Source: Candidatus Magnetomicrobium cryptolimnococcus (GTDB lineage: Bacteria > Nitrospirota > Thermodesulfovibrionia > Thermodesulfovibrionales > Magnetobacteriaceae). Taken from it: a stretch of 43,289 bases of DNA. The first letter of the stretch is position 1, and every line of letters begins with the position of its first letter. Positions 38,352-43,289 of the stretch are shown in pieces. Location: contig JAGYWI010000020.1 in the NCBI GenBank assembly GCA_018606805.1, positions 1-43,289 on the forward strand, given 5' to 3'. Under the pieces are notes generated by a model, which made no database searches, had not been told where the DNA came from, and saw only the letters and a list, made by a program, of their open reading frames with translations. The translations under genes and the position numbers were made by a program.

Positions 38352-41300
38352 ATGCTGGATTTTTCAAAAAAAATCAAAGACGCTAACTCGGCGTTAATCA
38401 CTGGGCAGTTGAGCGCTCAAGATAATGGTTTTCATAACAGCATGACATTATTTGCTGGATTGAGGGTTATCTTTCAGGAAATCAATCAGTTAGAAGATGG
38501 CGAAAAACAGCTACAGAGATTAATCGAGTTTTTTTGTTTAGAGCTAAAGGCTAAAGGGTGCCTCATCAGACTAAAAGATTGTACTGGTGCTATTACGATA
38601 GTGTCAGCTGTTGGATTATCTGAGGATGAGATTTACATGCTTGGGCAAAAATCCGGCAATTTAGTGCCGTTAAAGGTTTTTGAAAGCGGCAAGGTTGTCG
38701 CTGTTGAAAACCTATCGTTATCGGCAAATGAGTATGCCCATAAAGGTTTATTAATGAAATCTATGGTGTGCGTACCAATAAAAAGTGCTGGCAGAGTAAT
38801 TGGCACAATTGAGCTATACGATAAATTTAACATTGTAGATGGAAGTACTACGGTATTTACAGCAGAAGATGGCAACAATTGTGAAACAATGGTCATTATT
38901 TTTTCAATGGCGATAGAAAGAGCACTCCTATACATAGAAAACAATAAAATCAAAAAAACATCACAAAGGACTTCCAAGCGCATAGATATATTTTTTAATA
39001 ACGTACGGAGCGCTATATTAATCATAAAAAAGGACCTTACGATAGTATCAGCCAATAAAGCGATAGAAAACTGGATAGACATAAACTACCTGTCCTTAGT
39101 AGGCAAAAATGCCTCAGAAGTATTTAAAGAAGGCAATAAATGTTTATGTCCTCAAAGTGTAGCAGTTCAAACATTTGAAACAGGCAAAAGCGCAATAAAC
39201 AATCTGGTGATTAAAGGCCGCTATGCAGAAATAACCTCTTATCCGATTTTCGACACTGATAAAGCCGGTGCTTCTGTTATTAATGAATGTATCGTAATGA
39301 TAAGGGACACTACTGATAGGATTTTGTGCCAAAATGAGGTAATGGAGCTATATAAGAGCGTTACGCAAACAAAGGATAGACTTGAAAGCCTGATACAAAA
39401 CTCGGCTGATGCCATAATAACGACAACGCTGGATGGCAATGTCTTAACGTGGAATAAAAGCGCTGAACGGATTTTTGGCTTTACGGCAGAAGAAGCTGTA
39501 AGCAGCTACCTACCCTTTTTACCGAATGATTTTATTGACAAACATAATAAATATGTCCAGATAATCAAAAAAGGCGAAACCCTTAAAGAAATAGAAACCA
39601 AGGGGCTCAGAAAAGACCTGACGCTCGTGCCTATGAGCTTAACAGTTTCCCCGATAACCGATAAAAACGGCATTATTTCATCAGTAAGCATAATAGCGCG
39701 TGATATTTCTAGAAGAAAACAGGTGGAAGACGAGCTAACCAAAAACAGTCAACGGCTTTCACGGCTATTTATCATAGGTTCGGCAATGAGGGGAACTCTT
39801 GAGATTAATAAGCTTTTACGGATGGTCTTAACCGTTGTAACGGCAACGGATGGCTTTGGGTTTAACCGCGCTATACTGTTTTTCTATGATGACGATAAAA
39901 AGGCCTTAAAGGGCACTATGGGCGTTGGACCGGCCAGTTACGAGGAGGCATGGCATATGTGGCGGCAAATGCCGCTGCCAAGTAAAACCTTATCTGAAAG
40001 AATATATGACATAGAAAAAGACATAACCGAAGGTTTACTTAATTTAGATGAATACTTTATAAACATAGAAATCCCTATAGATAGACAATGCTACCTAACA
40101 CGCGCTGTAAAAGACAGAAAGGCATTCAACATAAAAGACGCAACAACAGAAGTAGAGCTGGAGCCTCTATATATAGACCAACTGGCTACGAGGGCATACG
40201 CTGTTGTTCCGATGATCTCCAGAAACGAGGTTATCGGCGTTTTATGGATTGATAACAAGTTTAACATGCAGCCAATAACCAATGAGGACATGGGCTACCT
40301 GTCCATGTTTGCAGATTACGTGGCTACTGCTGTAGAGAGTGCCAGATTATTTGAAAAGGCTAAGCTTACAGAAAAAGAGCTTGAAAACATATTTGAATCA
40401 ATAAATGACCTGTTATTTATTACTGATAATAAGTACAACATAGTAAAAATCAACCGCGCTGTTAGCGAGATGTTAAACGAACCGATTAGCTCAATTATAG
40501 GGCAAAAATGTTATAAAGTGTTTCACGGGCTTGATGCCCCTTCTCCCAAGTGTCCACACTTTAGTACCATGGAAAAGGAAAAGCCGGTCATTAAAGAATA
40601 CGAAGGGTTCCACCACAAAAGTAATGATACGTATAGTATTTCAACCTCACCATTACTGGACTTAAATGGTAAGTGTATCGGCGTTGTGCATATTGGAAGT
40701 AATATTATGGAGCTAACAAGACTGCGGAAACAGTTATCCAAAATAGAAAAGGTAGCAGCTTTAGGAGAAATGGCAGCACGTTTGGCTCATGAAATAAGAA
40801 ATCCGTTGGTATCTATCGGGGGTTTTGCCAGACGACTTGAAAAAAAGCTGTCTCCACCGCTAAACGACTACGCTCGTATAATACTAGAGGAGGTGTTCCG
40901 ACTAGAAGCACTCCTTAAACAAACCATCGGATTTGTCCGGGAAACTAAAATCGGCAAAGATACTGTTGACTTAAACGCACTATTACTTTCAGTAATCCAA
41001 TCCATACAACACACAATACGTAAAGACGTATCCATAGACTACCATCTATCAACTCAAACATTAGAAGTAGAAGGAGACCCCGGCCGACTAACTGACGTAT
41101 TCGTTAATCTTATAAATAATGCCGAGCAGGCTATTGAAGGCACAGGTCGGATAATTATAAGAACTCGCAAGGAGTTCAACCACGCAGTTGTCGAGGTGGA
41201 AGACACCGGCAGCGGCATAGATGAACAGACAATGGAATCCATCTTTGAACCATTTTATACAACAAAGACAACAGGCAGCGGACTTGGTCTTACAATCATA

Positions 41301-41408
41301 CAAAAAATCTTAGAAGAGCACAAAGGTATCATAACTGTAAAAAGTAAGCAAGGAGTTGGAACTATTTTTAAGGTTAATTTAAATTTAAAGGAGGTAATTA
41401 GTCAATGA
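38352..41408 (+). CDS. Multi-sensor histidine kinase (GAF, multiple PAS, second GAF, HisKA, HATPase_c); cytoplasmic
   Basis: H-box LAHEIRNPLVSIGGFARRL, with N, G1 and G2 boxes (NLINNAEQA, DTGSGID, GSGLGLTI). GAF-like and PAS-like blocks are upstream. No TM helices. Confidence 0.85.
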   Translation: MLDFSKKIKDANSALITGQLSAQDNGFHNSMTLFAGLRVIFQEINQLEDGEKQLQRLIEFFCLELKAKGCLIRLKDCTGAITIVSAVGLSEDEIYMLGQKSGNLVPLKVFESGKVVAVENLSLSANEYAHKGLLMKSMVCVPIKSAGRVIGTIELYDKFNIVDGSTTVFTAEDGNNCETMVIIFSMAIERALLYIENNKIKKTSQRTSKRIDIFFNNVRSAILIIKKDLTIVSANKAIENWIDINYLSLVGKNASEVFKEGNKCLCPQSVAVQTFETGKSAINNLVIKGRYAEITSYPIFDTDKAGASVINECIVMIRDTTDRILCQNEVMELYKSVTQTKDRLESLIQNSADAIITTTLDGNVLTWNKSAERIFGFTAEEAVSSYLPFLPNDFIDKHNKYVQIIKKGETLKEIETKGLRKDLTLVPMSLTVSPITDKNGIISSVSIIARDISRRKQVEDELTKNSQRLSRLFIIGSAMRGTLEINKLLRMVLTVVTATDGFGFNRAILFFYDDDKKALKGTMGVGPASYEEAWHMWRQMPLPSKTLSERIYDIEKDITEGLLNLDEYFINIEIPIDRQCYLTRAVKDRKAFNIKDATTEVELEPLYIDQLATRAYAVVPMISRNEVIGVLWIDNKFNMQPITNEDMGYLSMFADYVATAVESARLFEKAKLTEKELENIFESINDLLFITDNKYNIVKINRAVSEMLNEPISSIIGQKCYKVFHGLDAPSPKCPHFSTMEKEKPVIKEYEGFHHKSNDTYSISTSPLLDLNGKCIGVVHIGSNIMELTRLRKQLSKIEKVAALGEMAARLAHEIRNPLVSIGGFARRLEKKLSPPLNDYARIILEEVFRLEALLKQTIGFVRETKIGKDTVDLNALLLSVIQSIQHTIRKDVSIDYHLSTQTLEVEGDPGRLTDVFVNLINNAEQAIEGTGRIIIRTRKEFNHAVVEVEDTGSGIDEQTMESIFEPFYTTKTTGSGLGLTIIQKILEEHKGIITVKSKQGVGTIFKVNLNLKEVISQ

Positions 41409-41752
41409 AGGTATTAATAGTTGATGATGACCCACATCTAAGGGCATTGTATAAGGAAGAGTTCGAGGATGAGGGCTACGAGGTGATGATAGCGGGTTCG
41501 GGGGCTGAGGCTTTAGAAATGTTTGAAAAGAATATACCGGATGTTGTCACTTTGGATATACTGATGCCCGGTATGGACGGTATAGAAGTACTAAGGAAAA
41601 TGAAAGAAAAAAAGCCAGACCTACCGATAATAATGTCAACAGCCTATGACTACCGGGACGATTTCTCTGTGTGGGCATCAGATGCCTACGTGGTTAAATC
41701 AGCAGACCTGGCTGAGCTAAAAAGTACTATTAAGAAACTGACTGCTAAATAA
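41405..41752 (+). CDS. Stand-alone receiver (CheY-like) response regulator
   Basis: KVLIVDDD...DVVTLDILMPGMDG...MSTAY. 115 aa with no output domain. It overlaps the kinase stop. Confidence 0.85.
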   Translation: MKVLIVDDDPHLRALYKEEFEDEGYEVMIAGSGAEALEMFEKNIPDVVTLDILMPGMDGIEVLRKMKEKKPDLPIIMSTAYDYRDDFSVWASDAYVVKSADLAELKSTIKKLTAK

Positions 41753-43050
41753 TGGAGCATCTGGAGCTTGACTCACTCGTGCCAGTGTATGGCGGTATGT
41801 GTCTTAGTAGGAGTGAGGGAGTTATTTTCGTTAAGGGAGCAATACCGGGCGAACGAGTTCTTGTAGAGATAATAGAAAAAAAGCGTGATTACCTAAGAGC
41901 GCATATCGTAGAAATTGTCAGTACTTCACCAGACAGGGTGGAACCCCTGTGCCCGGTGTTTGGTTCCTGTGGCGGTTGCCATTATCAACATATATCATAC
42001 AAAAGACAGCTTGCTATCAAGGAAGAAATCCTTAAGGATTGCCTCACAAGAATAGGAAAAATAGACTTCCCACTTACTGAGACTATCTCTGGTAATCAGT
42101 GGAACTACAGACATAAGGCGCAACTTAAGCTTAGCTTTGAAAACTCTATACCAAATATAGGCTTCTACAGGGAAAACACAAGAGACATCATCCCAATCGA
42201 ACAATGTAATATAGTGTCAAAACCCATAAATAACATGTTAACAAAATTACGAACCAGTAATATATTTGGTAAAGTACGAGAATTAGATATTTTAAGCGCT
42301 GAAAACACAATAGCTTACCTAAAAGACACTACTAATGGTCATACCTTGGCTTCATATTTACTTGATGAAGGATTTAATGGTGTAATCTACGGTAGTAATG
42401 AAAATGACTTCAGAGGCGATAATCACTGTATATTTAAGATGGATATACCAAATATAGGAAATTTTACATATACAGTATCCCCGCAAGGCTTCTTCCAATC
42501 TAACTGGGCACTCAATCTCAAGCTAATAGAAGAAATCATGAAATCTCTTGAAAAAGAATTGATAGGTACCGACGTACTAGATATATACGGCGGTGCCGGC
42601 AACTTCGCCCTGCCCATTTCAACAAAGGCATCCTCCGTTACAGTAGTAGAAGAAAACCCCTTTTGTATTTTCGATGGCAAAAGCAACATAAAACTCAATA
42701 ATATTAAAAATATAAGATTTATAGCCAAATCCTTTGAAAAAGCCAAGATAGACGGTAAATATAATCTTGTGATATTAAACCCGCCACGGCGCGGCTTATC
42801 TAATGAAGCAGTACAAAAACTAATAGCCCTTAACCCAAAACATATAGCCTATATATCATGTAATCCAGCCACCTTTGCACGTGATACCGGTAAACTCATT
42901 GAATATTATAAGTTTACCGATATAAAACTAATAGATATGTTCCCAAATACATATCATTTAGAAGTACTTGGTATTTTAAAAAGAAAACAAGAAGAAAAAA
43001 CAAAAGAAAAAAAAGAAAAAAAAGAAAAAAAAGAAAAAAAAGAAGATTAG
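41752..43050 (+). CDS. rlmD: 23S rRNA (uracil-5-)-methyltransferase RlmD/RumA family with a Lys/Glu-repeat C-terminal tail
   Basis: TRAM domain plus the Fe-S Cys cluster CPVFGSCGGCHYQH. SAM-binding DIYGGAGNF and the catalytic region NPPRRG...SCNPAT are present. The last 20 codons (KEKKEKKEKKEKKED) are encoded by an A8G 9-bp periodic tract. Confidence 0.8.
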   Translation: MEHLELDSLVPVYGGMCLSRSEGVIFVKGAIPGERVLVEIIEKKRDYLRAHIVEIVSTSPDRVEPLCPVFGSCGGCHYQHISYKRQLAIKEEILKDCLTRIGKIDFPLTETISGNQWNYRHKAQLKLSFENSIPNIGFYRENTRDIIPIEQCNIVSKPINNMLTKLRTSNIFGKVRELDILSAENTIAYLKDTTNGHTLASYLLDEGFNGVIYGSNENDFRGDNHCIFKMDIPNIGNFTYTVSPQGFFQSNWALNLKLIEEIMKSLEKELIGTDVLDIYGGAGNFALPISTKASSVTVVEENPFCIFDGKSNIKLNNIKNIRFIAKSFEKAKIDGKYNLVILNPPRRGLSNEAVQKLIALNPKHIAYISCNPATFARDTGKLIEYYKFTDIKLIDMFPNTYHLEVLGILKRKQEEKTKEKKEKKEKKEKKED

Positions 43051-43067
43051 AGGATTCGGGGGGATAA

Positions 43068-43132
43068 CAGGGAGGTGTGCCTTCACACCAGGGAGGTGTG
43101 CCTTCACACCAGGGAGGTGTGCCTTCACACCC
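43068..43132. repeat. Second tandem array (3 units) of the 21-22-nt CAGGGAGGTGTGCCTTCACAC hairpin unit
   Basis: Same unit and the same trailing CTTGAAC(C/T)CCAAAA(A)CACCAT as the array at 17164-17370. It lies immediately 3-prime of rlmD. Confidence 0.85.
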
Positions 43133-43289
43133 TTGAACCCCAAAACACCATATTTCATGATACATAACAAAAAATATAGCTATTATCTTTGCAAACCATT
43201 TTTATTTAGACAATACCTATTATATTTTTAAATTCTACTATATTTGAAGCCTCTTTTATGCTGTTTTGTATATTTTCTAACCTATGTGA

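Noticed and set aside
1-43289. tRNA, rRNA and riboswitch genes
   Set aside because: No GGTTCGAATCC-like T-arm motifs or rRNA-like segments were seen in the ORF-free regions. I cannot exclude them without a covariance search.

Overview
This is an AT-rich bacterial chromosomal segment. Conserved housekeeping genes are present: gyrA, parA-parB, kdsB, pyrG, a glgA-type glycogen synthase, a class-I aminotransferase, era, recO, an OmpR/PhoB-type response regulator with a PhoR-type kinase, a GalT-family transferase, a large multi-PAS/GAF histidine kinase with a stand-alone receiver, and rlmD. Three accessory features sit among them. (1) A minus-strand adhesion locus at ~19.9-28.4 kb. It starts with a small type-IV-pilin-like gene followed by a hairpin terminator, then an 11-bp x5 tandem repeat, then a 309-aa pilin-like gene. 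The next gene is a 1336-aa paralogue of that pilin. It has a near-perfect ~1.6-kb Asp/Lys/Ser-rich tandem repeat and a legume-type (L-type) lectin domain. Further downstream on the same strand are a degenerate PAS-GGDEF protein and an HD-GYP-PilZ fusion. (2) A full-length bacterial homologue of the eukaryotic major vault protein (820 aa) lies immediately downstream of a solitary ABC-type ATPase. (3) A ~3.5-kb insertion between pyrG and that ATPase is bounded by 112-bp direct repeats of the pyrG-3-prime/ATPase-5-prime junction. It carries a split Rpn/YhgA-family nuclease, an ISAs1-family transposase remnant, a truncated beta-propeller fragment and a DUF29 protein. Its right junction fuses the first 15 codons of glgA to the last 18 codons of pyrG. 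Intergenic regions throughout carry several families of GC-rich hairpin (REP-like) repeats. These include 21-nt tandem hairpin arrays, A8G polypurine tracts, and ~200-bp inverted copies of a composite palindrome flanking gyrA. No rRNA or tRNA genes were recognised, and no convincing CRISPR array. All functional calls come from motif-level reading of the translated ORFs. No database search was possible.
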